Part shown: positions 36,391 through 47,529 of the stretch, in pieces
Numbering within the stretch: position 1 is the first letter of the stretch
How the letters are laid out: each line of letters starts with the position of its first letter
DNA from: Squalus acanthias
Taxonomy: Eukaryota
Assembly (NCBI GenBank): GCA_030390025.1
Contig: CM059432.1
Location: 68,512,001-68,576,000 of the forward strand
DNA length: 64,000 nucleotides
Reading direction: 5' to 3'
The notes under the pieces: generated by a model
The model's input: only the letters and a program-made list of their open reading frames with translations
The model's database searches: none
Told to the model about the DNA's origin: nothing
Translations under genes and position numbers: made by a program

Positions 36391-37630
36391 AGGACCACCG
36401 AGTTGCATTGAATAAATCCCCCTGCATGCATAAATTGTGCCCCCTGCACCTAACAAAGGGTCATCGACCTGAAATGGTAACTCTGTTTCTCTCTCTACAG
36501 ATGCTGCCTGATCTGCTGAGTATGTCCAGCATTTTCTGTTTTTATTTCTTATTGGTGCATTGTGATGTGCTCTTTTATGATTATGGAATGGGGACAAAGT
36601 TACACAGTAGGCAAATTTACAAGAAGTTGAGCATCGTGCCTAAACCATGTATAAATGCATCTGGTGTTGCTTGTGGATAATAGGTGAAAAAATACTTCTT
36701 TGTTTATTTTTACTTATTTTCCATGGCTGCAGTCAATAAAAAAAAAAAATTTAAATGGAGAGATAAACATACATATGCACCCTGTTCTCACCAGTTGTGC
36801 TATGCTAATGTCGAGGCTTACAGTTTTGCAATACATGCACAACTAAAAGATAAATATGGTATAGAAATGTAGTTCCATCACAGTAGTCATAGCTTCATAT
36901 TTCTATAGTATTTGGCTGTATTTCATTGGACATTCCTTTCAGTTAAATATATCAAATTATATTCTATTACTTACAATTGACAACTGGTTTCAAGAGGAAT
37001 TGCTGCAAGCAAAGCAAATAGCATGCATCTATTTAATCTGGAATAAACTGGATATGGTTTGATTAAAAAAAAATCAAAATTGAGAGTAAAAGGAATCATC
37101 AATAAAGGCACTGTACAAAATTATAACTGAAGACATGTTATAAAACTGCAGTCTTGTAATTGCTTTAAAAGAAATTGCTGTCTCAGTCCCATGTGGGTAT
37201 CAGATAGTGAAAAGAACCATCAATATTGGTGGCTTGTATGTTCTAACAGATATCTAATAACCTCTAAACAAACAATAGATACAAAAACAAATACCCATAA
37301 CTTCAATGCGTGGCACTGTACTCCAATGACTGGATGTCATTTACAATTTTACTTTCCTAATATCACAGCTTAGCAACATTTCAAGTAACAAACAGATATA
37401 TGTTTGTAAATTCAGAAAGAATTTTCTGCTTTTCTCTCCAGTTTTTCCTGTTCAGCCTGATCACTATATATCGGAATCAAACCACCATAGTATGTCTAAG
37501 GTTAGTATTACATAGGAGAAATGTATCGAAAAATAGTACCTGTAAATTTCAATACTGAATGGTACAAAAAAGAAAGGAATCATAATAAAAATTTAATATT
37601 TTTTTGTACACCTTGTTACCTTTAAAGTAG

Positions 37631-37844
37631 CCATGATGCGGAGATGCCGGTGTTGGGCTGGAGTGGACAAAAGTGAGAAGTCGCACAACACCAGGTTATA
37701 GTCCAACAGCTTTATTTGAAATCACAAGCTTTCAGAGCGCTGCTCCTTCGTCTGGTGAAGTGACCTGACGAAGGAGCAGCGCTCCGAAAGCTTGTGATTT
37801 CAAATAAAGCTGTTGGACTATAACCTGGTGTTGTGCGACTTCTC
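37631..37844. mobile_element. 214-bp Penelope-derived fold-back insert
   Basis: 13-bp TSD ACCTTTAAAGTAG (37618-37630, 37845-37857). Inverted arms 37673-37756 and 37763-37846 with two mismatches and a 6-nt loop. Confidence 0.9.
37761..37796 (+). ncRNA. Minimal type I hammerhead ribozyme motif
   Basis: TGAC-CTGACGA-A-GGAGC-AGC-GCTCC-GAAA-GC-TT-GTGA, with one mismatch in stem I. The mirror copy on the - strand has a CTGA to CAGA core mutation. Confidence 0.7.
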
Positions 37845-38165
37845 ACCTTTAAAGTAGTAACACATAAAAAAATACAGATTTAACAGATTACATTAGTGAC
37901 ATTTCTTCTATTCACAGGATTTATTTCTTCTAAATATGAATTGATGTATTAATAACAAATGCTGAAGCAACATCAATGTAAAGTAACTCATTAGTATATA
38001 TTGTGGTGGTGGGGGGCTTGTAGAGAATACAAAAATATCAACATATGATAAATAGTCCATGTAAACAGGAGAAAATGGCAGATAATCTGAAAAATATTTC
38101 CATTTTTCTTGACATCTAGAAATGTCATGTATATAATCTAATTAGCTGACACAGCTGAAGATAAT

Positions 38166-38921
38166 GGCCCGTATTTTCCGATGCCTACGGGTGTGTACGG
38201 GCTGTGTACCCACCCGTAGGGACAACGGAAATGCCGGTTTCAGGCACGCGAAGCGCATGCGCTGAAAACCGGCATTTCCGATCTGTCAAGAATGCTTTTG
38301 ACAGATCCTCCGCCTGCCCTGGAGAAGGGCCTCTGCGGGCAGAGAGTTCCGCTTTCTGGAGACCCTCCGCCCACTGAAAACCCTTAGAAATCTTACGCCT
38401 GGTAAAAGCGTAAGGCCTGCTTTTACCAGCATAAGAGTTGAAAAAAGTTTAAAAAAAAAAAATTTCACTCATTTATAATTTTAAAATACTTTTAAAAAAG
38501 GTAAGTTTATTTTTAGCCCCGTAAAAAACTTTAATTATTTTTTTCAAAAAATAAAATTTTTGTTTAAAATATTTAATTTAATGTAATTTTAACTCATTTT
38601 AAAAACGTGATGGTTTTTTAAAAATTTATTTAATGTTTTAGTGTCTTTTTGGGGTGCTCTCCATTCATATATTTGACAGGTCTATCTGTCAAAAATATGA
38701 AGGGAGATTCCCTTCTCCTATTGGCTGGCCTGGCCCACGCGATCCCAGGGACGCTTGCGGCTGCATGCGCCTCTGGGATACGTGGGCCCTGCACATTTCG
38801 ACTGTGGAGAGGCCCAGGAGCGGAAGTGTCCGGACCTCGGGGACCCTCAGGTAAGTTCGTAGATTTTTTTCCGATAGGAGGCATCCGCACGCAGGAAGCC
38901 TCCTATCGGAAATTACGGGCC
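38166..38921. mobile_element. Harbinger-type MITE with AT-rich centre
   Basis: TIR GGCCCGTATTTTCCGAT versus rc GGCCCGTAATTTCCGAT (16/17); TSD AAT on both sides. Confidence 0.9.
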
Positions 38922-38928
38922 AATACTG

Positions 38929-39363
38929 AGGCCGATTTTCTTCCCTACCCCACTTGCTCTAGTGTAAAACAAGTATTTTTACAATCACCCGACCTGACCT
39001 CCATTGAACCCTACTGTTTTTTCTGGGTTCAGCAAATCTAAATAGCCTGGACAAGCACTGGGTAAGACTACCACTTTGGATTTGGTGCTCACTGTAAATA
39101 GGGTACAGGAAGGCGTGCACTGCTGCAGGTTTTAATGACCTGAAGCAGAATAAAGTGGCAGCCTAATTTTGTGTCAGAAGCCCTGCAACACCAAAGATTT
39201 TGAAAGGTGGACCCCCTTTGAAGATCCCTCAAACTCAAAGTGCAGCCTAGCAATGTCGAGTATGCATTGACATTTTTCAATGATACAGGGCTCTACTCCT
39301 ATTTCTTGGCCTTCACCAACTTTGGGAACTGGTCCACATGGGGTGTGCAGAAGAATTGGCCCC
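38929..39363. mobile_element. Older MITE adjacent to the previous one
   Basis: Termini GGCCGATTTTCTT and AAGAATTGGCCCC; no clear TSD. Confidence 0.5.
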
Positions 39364-40506
39364 AAAGTGTTTGTTCCCTTCCCCCTCTCTTCGTCTGTTA
39401 TTTTAGCTAACTATAGGTCTCCACAGATAAAGCCACCACTTTACCCGTGACCTGTTGATACAATATTTATGCGATTAATCCACCTTTATCTAGTTGTACT
39501 TTTGTACAGTAGCCAAGCATTTGTGTTACTTATTTTTGAGCATTTGTCCTTATCAATGTGTTGGAAAATGGAACATTCTCCACAATTATAGCACCCAGCA
39601 CCAAGCATCCTCAGGTCAATAAGTCTCCTTTCCCCCTGCCACAATATGCCTTTGCCTCAACTTCAGAAGTGGATTCTTATTATAGCACTGTGACTCTTTC
39701 TATACTGGCCAAGCCATACATTCCTTGCAATGTCCCCTTTCCACTGAAGAAATTACTATTACCTCACCACCACCATGTATTTCTATCACGTAGAATAAAT
39801 GTTCCTATGATGACTCAATTGGCAAATGCACTGCCAAATGTGGAACTTAAAAAGAAGAATAAAACTGAATAAGAAGGTCATTTAAAATAAGAGCATTTAA
39901 AAATGAAAGTATATAGCAGTTTTACATAATTTTTAGAGGGATTTTACATATCTTACTGAGGCCCTGAAACATAGAAATGTATTTGAATCAATTATTTTTA
40001 CAATAGTTTACTTATATTGTGGCTTTCTGTACCACAAATAGCTATTGGAAAACAATAGTGTCTATTGCTGTACTAGAAATCTCAATACTCACTTGGAAGT
40101 AATCTGATTGAAACTGAGACATTGACATTGAGACAACATCAAAGTAATAACCACAACCACTGATGCGAACAATGGCCATTTAACTTCAGGTGTATTTAAA
40201 TACAGGAAGAACTTGTTGCAAATTGGGATACAAACACACTAAATTCATTTGATATACATAAGGTAATTCTAAGCAGTACACAAGGGCGGAAAGGACTGCA
40301 GAATACTCACTTTTGAATGATATTAAAACACCTGCTCATTTAAGAGTACTTTTGGCTTGATCCCATGACATGAGTGCCCTCACATTGCCATCTCCAACAA
40401 TAACTTGTTTTATATAACACTCCTCACATGCTGGTGGACGTCTCAGACTGCTTGACAATGAAGAGGAAAAGGATAAGATGAATACCAAGCATGAGGAAAA
40501 GACATA

Positions 40507-41191
40507 GGGAGATAAATTCGGTGGGTTAGCGCCTCCCGTTGGTGCCCCCGGGCGCGGTGAGATGAACGACTCCCGCGTACTTCGATGAGAGGTTTGTGGC
40601 AGCAGTAAGATTTTGCGCCACGATCTCCTTCACCCGGAGATCGTGACGTCATTGCTGTGCGCATTGCCCCAGTAGCGCCCCAGACCCGAACTTCGGTTCC
40701 GCCCCTTGCAGCATCACTGGGCGAAAACACCGACAGGTGTTGATCGGGAGGCCGGGCGCTTCGGGGGCGAAAGTTAAAGGGGAGGTTGACGAGGTAAGTA
40801 CCTAAATTTCTGTAATGTTTTTGTCCAATTTTTTTTTACTTCTCCTGGGCCGCAATCGATCAGCCCGGCACTCTGCTGGAGTGCATGGGGCTGATCGGGC
40901 CGGATCGCGGCTGCCGTCAGGGACCAGCTAACTGGAACAATACAGAACCTGTAGCGATGGCCCTTCCCTTTAAGGGAGGGAAGGAGCCTCGGATCACGGC
41001 AGCGCTACCGCTCCGCCTGCGTCCTTTAGCGCTCCAGGAAGGCAGTGGAGCGCTTGATTTAGTTCTCCACTTCCTTCCTGGAGCAGCAAAATCCAATTTT
41101 TTAAAGTTGGGAATCAGTAGTGCCTGGCGCTAAGTTTCCCAGCTTTCAAAAGTTACCGCCCCTAAACGGGGAGATACTGAATTTCTCCCCC
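40507..41191. mobile_element. GC-rich MITE related to 9455-10347 and 20358-20990
   Basis: Termini GGGAGATAAATTC and GAATTTCTCCCCC; TTAGCGCC/GGCGCTAA motifs; TSD unclear. Confidence 0.7.
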
Positions 41192-41740
41192 AAGGAATGG
41201 AGAGAGTAGGATGGTAAACTGAAGCCACAATCGAGAAGGAACATTTTGAGAAGGTTTCTGGGTGCAGGAAGAGTGGTGGAAAGATGGGGGGAACTGGGTA
41301 GAATTCCAGAGAGCAGAAATGTAGTGGCAAAATGAGCATCCTACAGTAATGGAGTGGAAAAAACGAAGGGTGAGGAGAAGTCCGGTGTTAAAAGAATGGA
41401 GTGAGTGTACAGTGACATAAGGCAGGAGGAATCTTGAGCAGGTGAGAGGAACAGCTAGGACGGCATTAGAGAAGTCAGGTTTTGAGATGTTGAAGACATA
41501 GGACACAGTTTTAACAGCAGAAAGAGAAAGATGGGTTGAAACCAGGCAATCCTGTGAAGGTATAAGAAACCATTTGATAATAGAGCAGATAAGGGGAAGA
41601 AGCTGAGACCGGGGTCAAGCAGAACCAGTGCACCTCTTTGAGGTTGATGGAATCTAGGCCATAGACATGGAGGAGCTGAGATGAGCTGAAGAGGAAAGCC
41701 TCAGTTTTGCCAACATTCAGTTGGAGAAAATCCAGTTATT
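41192..41740 (-). mobile_element. Old L2 remnant
   Basis: The reverse complement encodes FLQLNVGKTE and a later LWNS-like motif. Confidence 0.55.
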
Positions 41741-42099
41741 CAGTTATTTTTTGACACGAATAAGGAGAAATTGTTCAATATCAGTAGCACAAAATGGGCT
41801 GATGATAGCAATGGAAAAGAGAATTGGGCACCATGTAAAATGGGCTGCCAATTCGCTATCAACCCCTTTGCAGTACTGGCAATGACCAATTTCACCCCCA
41901 AAGAATTTAATCTAAATAAAAATAATTAAACTCCAAGGCCCCATTTGTCTATATGTTGGGTGTCTTCTTTATTTTTTGAGGTAGATATCTGTCAAAAAGA
42001 ATTTAGTAATCCATTATTACTGAAGATAAACACTGAAAACAAGTCAAACTGAAGTGGTACAATAAATAAGGCATATACACAAGCCTCACTGTGGACCTT

Positions 42100-42390
42100 T
42101 ACCATGTTCTCAGATGATTCTTTGAATCTGAAAATCTAAGTAAATTATAACCACTGAATTTTCATCATCCACTAAGTTAGTTGTCTCCTCATAGAATTCC
42201 AGTAGATTTATGAAGCATAATCTAGAGCAGCTGAAGCACCGCCGACTATCCTTTATGATCCCTATAGTCTTTCGATGAACGTTAACAGTATCCATAAAAT
42301 GCTCCTCGGGGGTTTCCCTTTAGTAGTGTTATATCATCTGGGCTGTAATTTCTGATTCATGTCTTAATATATTTATTCAATACTTTGATA
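42100..42390 (-). mobile_element. Old CR1 RT fragment
   Basis: CFINLLEFYEETTNLVDDENSVVIIYLDFQ. Confidence 0.65.
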
Positions 42391-43383
42391 ACATTCGCTC
42401 AGGTACAGCCCTTACAGAAATACAGAAGTGTAAAAATTGCAGCGGCCGAACTTCCATCTGCAACGCTATTCTTGCCATAACTCAGTCCCAGATCTAAAGA
42501 ACATGGTCATTTATTGGTGCCTATACATTGTGAAGACTGGAAACTCAGATGCACCCTGCACTCTAAGTGGGGGAGCTAAAGACTGGATCAACAATTCCAG
42601 ATCACTTGTTCCTTATTGTGAACAAGTCAATACAATATTATTTGATGAATATATAAGGTTACTCCAAGTGGGTGCCTTACAGATTCTGCCATTGATTGTA
42701 AACTCAGCTTTGCAGTAAATTCTGCTCCATTGCAGTAGTCAACAACACTTTGAGGGGGATTTCTATTCACCAACAAATACTAATGCAGGGCTCAATAATT
42801 GTCTCAGTGACCACTGATTTATGACAGTATTTAGTTCTATAATCACTTTAATGTACAGTTTTAGATATTCAGTATACTTTATAAATATGCTGAATCATTC
42901 TCAAAACAAATTATACTCATGCAGGATAGAGGTTCGTGTTGTCATCATATTTATAATACCACTGAAGTACATTTTCCATTAAAAAGAACAAAAGAAAGAC
43001 TTGCATTCATACAGCATTTTTCATGACCACCGGACGTCCCAAAGCACTTTACAGCCAATGAAGTATGGCCGAAAATTTTTGCCTGTGAAGTGAGTCGGGT
43101 GTGAAGGGGGCCGTGTAGCAAGCCGGCCTCACGAACCTCTCGGCAGTGCGCTGTCCACTTTGTCTTTAACTGAATTAGATCAATTGAGTTAGGCATGCGG
43201 GTTCCCCAGCCAATTAAGTGTAGCGGGTCTGATGACATAATTGATGACTTGCCTTCAGCACAAATATTTAAAGGGGCCTTCCACACATCACATTTGAAGG
43301 TTGTTGAAGGAGCATCACAGGTCTTTGGGAGAGGTGCGGTTGGTGAGACATTGAAGGCATTCACTCTGAGGCTTGAGGGTAGC

Positions 43384-45277
43384 ATGGAGTCCCAACGGCA
43401 GAAGGCAGCACCCAGATTCTCCGACTCCTCCCTGGAAGTTATGCTCCAGGGAGTTTGAGCACGCAGGGACATCCTGTTCCTTGGTAACAGGCGCAAGAGA
43501 CCATCCACTGAGACCAAGGGAGCATGGTTGGAGATTGCCCAGGAGGTCAGCAGCAGAGGTGTAGTCAGCAGCAGAGGTGTAGTCAGCCGTTCCAGGATAC
43601 AGTGCCCCAAAAGATTTAATGATCTCATGAGGTTAGGAAAGGTGAGTGCAATGCCACATTCAAAGACATCCTGATGTGCCTGTCACCCCAACCCCATCAC
43701 TCTGCCTTCCCAAGCCTACTCCTGCACGTCACTCCTTACACCGACCTGCCTTGCAAGGTGCACCCATCCCTCACTGACTAACCACCACTGACATGCACCT
43801 TCATCCTAATGCAATCATAGGAAGTACCGCCACAGAAGGAGGCCATTTGGCAATGTCATGCCACTCTCTCATAGTCACCCTCTACAGATGTAGCCCATCC
43901 ATATACTCATTCCATCACTCTCACTCAAAGTTCTCTTCTTTACCTCCTTGCAGGAGAAGAGAGCGCAGAACATCCGGGAGAGGCAAAGAACCAGAGGTGG
44001 CCCTCCAATTTACAGCACATTGACTCCAGCAGAGGAGGAGGTGTTACAAATAAGTCGAGTTGCAGAGCTGCTGGCAGTGGGAAATGGAGAGAGGGGGACT
44101 TCCCAACAACCTGGTGACTGAATTAAATTCATACAGCCACATGGCATACAACAGTCACTCATGGTGGCTTGATAGCAGCAGCCAGTGAAATGTCATCATG
44201 TGCATAATGGTAACGTTACACATTCTTATTATAAGACTTCTAATTCATTTCTTTACTCTCCCACAGGTCCATCAAGTGCCCCCCCCCCCCCACCCATTGT
44301 TCAGCCAGAGGAGGAAGACGACTCCTCAGAGGAAGCTCCATCCTCTGAGGGTGCATTGTCACACGAGCCAGGCGCACCCAGCACCAGCGCAGATATGCAC
44401 ATGTCGGTTGGTCCTGCGAGACATAGAGTAGTGTTGTCACCTGATGTCTCACACATCACAAGTGAGCAAGAGCAGATGGTGGCGATAGGGACAGCAGTGG
44501 AGAGTCCTCGCCGGAGGTCACGACGCTCCAAGCTCTGCTCAGCTAGATGCAGATGTTGAACCTCGGGGGCCGTCAACACAGAGGTTGATCTTGGAGGAGC
44601 AGCAACAAATGCCCGAGGCTCTGGCAGCTTTACCAGCTGCGCTGTGCACGATTGTACAGAGAATGGAGGAGTCCATTTAGGGCCTGCGAGGGGCCAGCTA
44701 AAGACTGCTCCTCCTTTGAGTAGCACCATATCGCAGGAGATGGCGACGATGTGCTGTTCCATGGAAAGGATGGCCACCTGCATGGAGCAGCTAATGCATC
44801 AGTCGAACGAGAACATGCTTGCTGTGAACAACAGCTTGCAGACTCTCATTGACCTCATCTCTAGGAGGGATTCCAACATAGACTTGGGCGTTCATCGCCC
44901 CACTGATGTGCTGCAAGATGCTCTCCAGCTCCTTGCTAGCAGGGAAGTGTGGGTGGCCCATGAGAGGGATGATGGTGAGAGGGGACATGGAAGTGGGGGC
45001 TTTGCTCAAAGCGTTCCCACTTCTCCCCTGTTGCCTCCACCTCAGTCAGAGCCCCACCTGCTGCCTCGGATCCCGATGGCCGAGTCTGTCCCTGCACAGT
45101 TGCAGGAGGAGAAGCCTTTGGCTGGGCCCTCACAGGCATTAAAACCCCAGAGGACGTCTGTCAAAATTGTCGAAGCAGTCGCAGCAGGGAAGTGAGCAGC
45201 CTGCCTCTACCTCTGCTGATGCCACAGGGGTTGCACCTTGTAGAAGCACTTGGAAAAGAAAAATGACACAATCATAG
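43384..45277 (+). pseudogene. Harbinger Myb/SANT-like DNA-binding protein gene, 3 exons (43384-43641, 43954-44113, 44267-45277)
   Basis: Exon 1 MESQRQKAAPRFSDSSLEVMLQGV*ARRDILF...AWLEIAQEV...IQCPKRFNDL with donor AAG|GTGAGT. Exon 2 EKRAQNIRERQRTRGGPP...LTPAEE. Splice phases are compatible. Stop at 43456-43458 and frameshifts in exon 3. Confidence 0.85.
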
Positions 45278-45576
45278 ATGCACAAGGATATGCACATGGG
45301 TGTATGAAAAAATGTTAGTGTTAAGTTTCAGTTCTATTTATGATGCACATAAATTTATTTATTTGCACTTTCCCGTCTTATCCATTTTTGCCTGCTACCT
45401 GGGAAGTAGCTTTCTCACTTGGAGGGAATGGTGAGACATTAGTTAACCTCGAGCAATGGGTGTTTGGTTGACAGGAATGGTTTGGTCATTTTAGGAATGC
45501 TTTGTGGTGTTGGTGGGTGGGGACGCGGGGGAAGTTGGTACAGCATCTGGGAGCCATATGGGTGCACTGGTGCAAC

Positions 45577-46138
45577 TTAAGAAAATCTAGCCATTATGAG
45601 GCCATCCCAGGCCTCCCGGGCAGCAATGTGCGCCGTTGCTGGTGCCATCTCCATCTCAGGTTCCTCCTCCTCCGAAGAGGCTGTGCGCTCCGCGTCTTGC
45701 TCCTCCTGCAGCTCCAATCCTCGTTGCTGCGCTATGTTGTGAAGCGCGCAGCATATGATGATCATTCTCGAGACCCCAGTTGGTGCGTACTGAAGGGCTC
45801 CTCCAGATCTGTCAAGGCATCTGAAGCGGATCTTCAGCATGCTGATTGCTTGCTTTATGACACATCTGGTGGACATGTGGCTTTCATTATAGCGCTCCTC
45901 GGCCTCATTGCTTGGCCTCCTCAAGGGTGTCATCAGCCACTTCTTCAGTGGATAGCCCTTGTCTCCAAACAGCCAGCCAGTACGTCTCTGGCACACACAT
46001 GCATGATCATCTTTTTATGGTTGCAGACGAGCTGTACATTGAGGGAGTGGAAGCCCTTCCGGTTCACAAACAGTCCTGGGTGATGTGGGGTGCCTTGATG
46101 GCCATATGTGTGCAGTCGATGATGCCCTGCACCTGAGG
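45577..46138 (-). pseudogene. Harbinger (HARBI1-like) DDE transposase remnant
   Basis: [43 protein letters not shown]...LMTP...[26 protein letters not shown]...CCALHN. The N-terminus and the PGSxHD segment are missing, and the expected catalytic Glu reads Lys. Confidence 0.9.
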
Positions 46139-46719
46139 TTGCCCGCCTCTCCCAAGCGGATCCGTGGCGGCTTCTAAACGCGTTCCAGTTAAATACGGAA
46201 GTCGGCGGGTTCCCGATGCGCTGTCAATTTCAGCGCTTTTAACCGCCGACACGCTCCCAAACCTGCACGCTCTGCAATGTGATAATTCCATAGTAACTGT
46301 TAGAATGTAGGAAACACGGCAGCCAATTTGCACACAGCAAGCTCCCACAAACAGCAATGTGATAATAACCAGATAATCTTTTTTTTAGTGATGTTGATTG
46401 AGGGATAAATGTTGGCTAGGACTTCCCTGATCTTCTTTAAAAATATGCCATAGGCTCTTTAACATCAACCTGAGAAAGCAGACGGGGCCTCGGTTTAATG
46501 TCTCATCCGAAAGACGGCACCTCCGACAGTGCAGCACTCCCTCAGCACTGCACTAGAGTTTCAGCCTAGATTTTTGTGCTCATAACCTTCTGATTCAGAG
46601 GTGAGGGTGCTACCAACTGAGCGACAACTGACACATTAGAGTTGATTGGTTACTTATTTTCTGGATAAACTTCATACTGTGTAAAGGAGAACATAACTGA
46701 ACAGCTATAGAGTGATATA

Positions 46720-47228
46720 AAGAAAGAAAGAACTTTAATTTAATTAGTACCTTTTCATGTATGGGGAGAGAGCGGGAATATGGTATTGAGATAGAGGATC
46801 AGTCATGATCATATTGAATGGTGGAGCAGGCTCAAAGGGCCGAATGGCCTACTCCTGCTCCTATTTTTCTATGTTTCTTTTTCTATGTTTCTATGTCCTC
46901 AGGAGGTTCCAAAGTGTGTTACAATCGGTGTGATACTTCTTTTACTGAATTGTAGTCAATATTGTGTAGGCAAATGCGACTGCTAATGTAGATACCACAA
47001 GGCTCCACAAATAGTAAATTAGATGAATGAGCAGATAATCTGGTTTTGGTGATGTCGGTTGAGGGAGGAATGTTGGCCAGGACAGTGGGTGAATTCCCCG
47101 CTCGTCTTCAAATAGTGCCATGGGATTTTCTACGCCCACCTAAATGGGCATCTGGAGCCTTAGTCTAATATCTCATCTGAAAGGCAGCATCTCCATCAAT
47201 GCTGCACTCCCTTAGCACTGCACTGAAG
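46720..47228 (-). mobile_element. Deu-domain SINE remnant interrupted by a plus-strand CR1-type 3' tail (46760-46895)
   Basis: Reverse-complement match to 19525-19885; the insert ends GGCCTACTCCTGCTCCTAT-(TTTCTATG)n. Confidence 0.75.
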
Positions 47229-47529
47229 AGATACGAAAAGAAATAAGGATCAAAATTCTGACTGCGCGTCAAACGCTACTTTGGCAGAACTGCCAAACAG
47301 GGAGCAAAAAATGGGGCAGAATCTAGTTCTACCGGAGTTCTACCCTGTTATCAGATCTGACAGATTTTCCAGTAGAGGATGAGAGCAAATCTCATGCACA
47401 TCCTGAGTATATAGACAACCCCATCCATCCCCACAATTTATTTTATGTCCATCTCTAATTGTCCTTGGGAAGGTGGTGGTGAGCCACCTTCTTGAACCGC
47501 TGCAGTCCGTGTGGTGATACTGCTAGGCA

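Larger units (their letters stand above)
43067..46290 (+). mobile_element. PIF/Harbinger transposon with convergent Myb/SANT and transposase pseudogenes
   Basis: Left end GGCCGAAAATTTT; two convergent genes; right terminus degraded. Confidence 0.9.
42985..46635 (-). mobile_element. Deu-domain SINE split by the Harbinger transposon (tail 42985-43066; body and tRNA-like head 46291-46635)
   Basis: Both parts are the reverse complement of 19525-19885. The head reads (rc) GTCAGTTGTCGCTCAGTTGGTAGCACCCTCACCTCTGAATCAGAAGG. Confidence 0.85.

Noticed and set aside
45577..46138. Domesticated HARBI1 gene
   Set aside because: Truncated, frameshifted, missing a conserved segment and the catalytic Glu, and embedded in a transposon inside a SINE.
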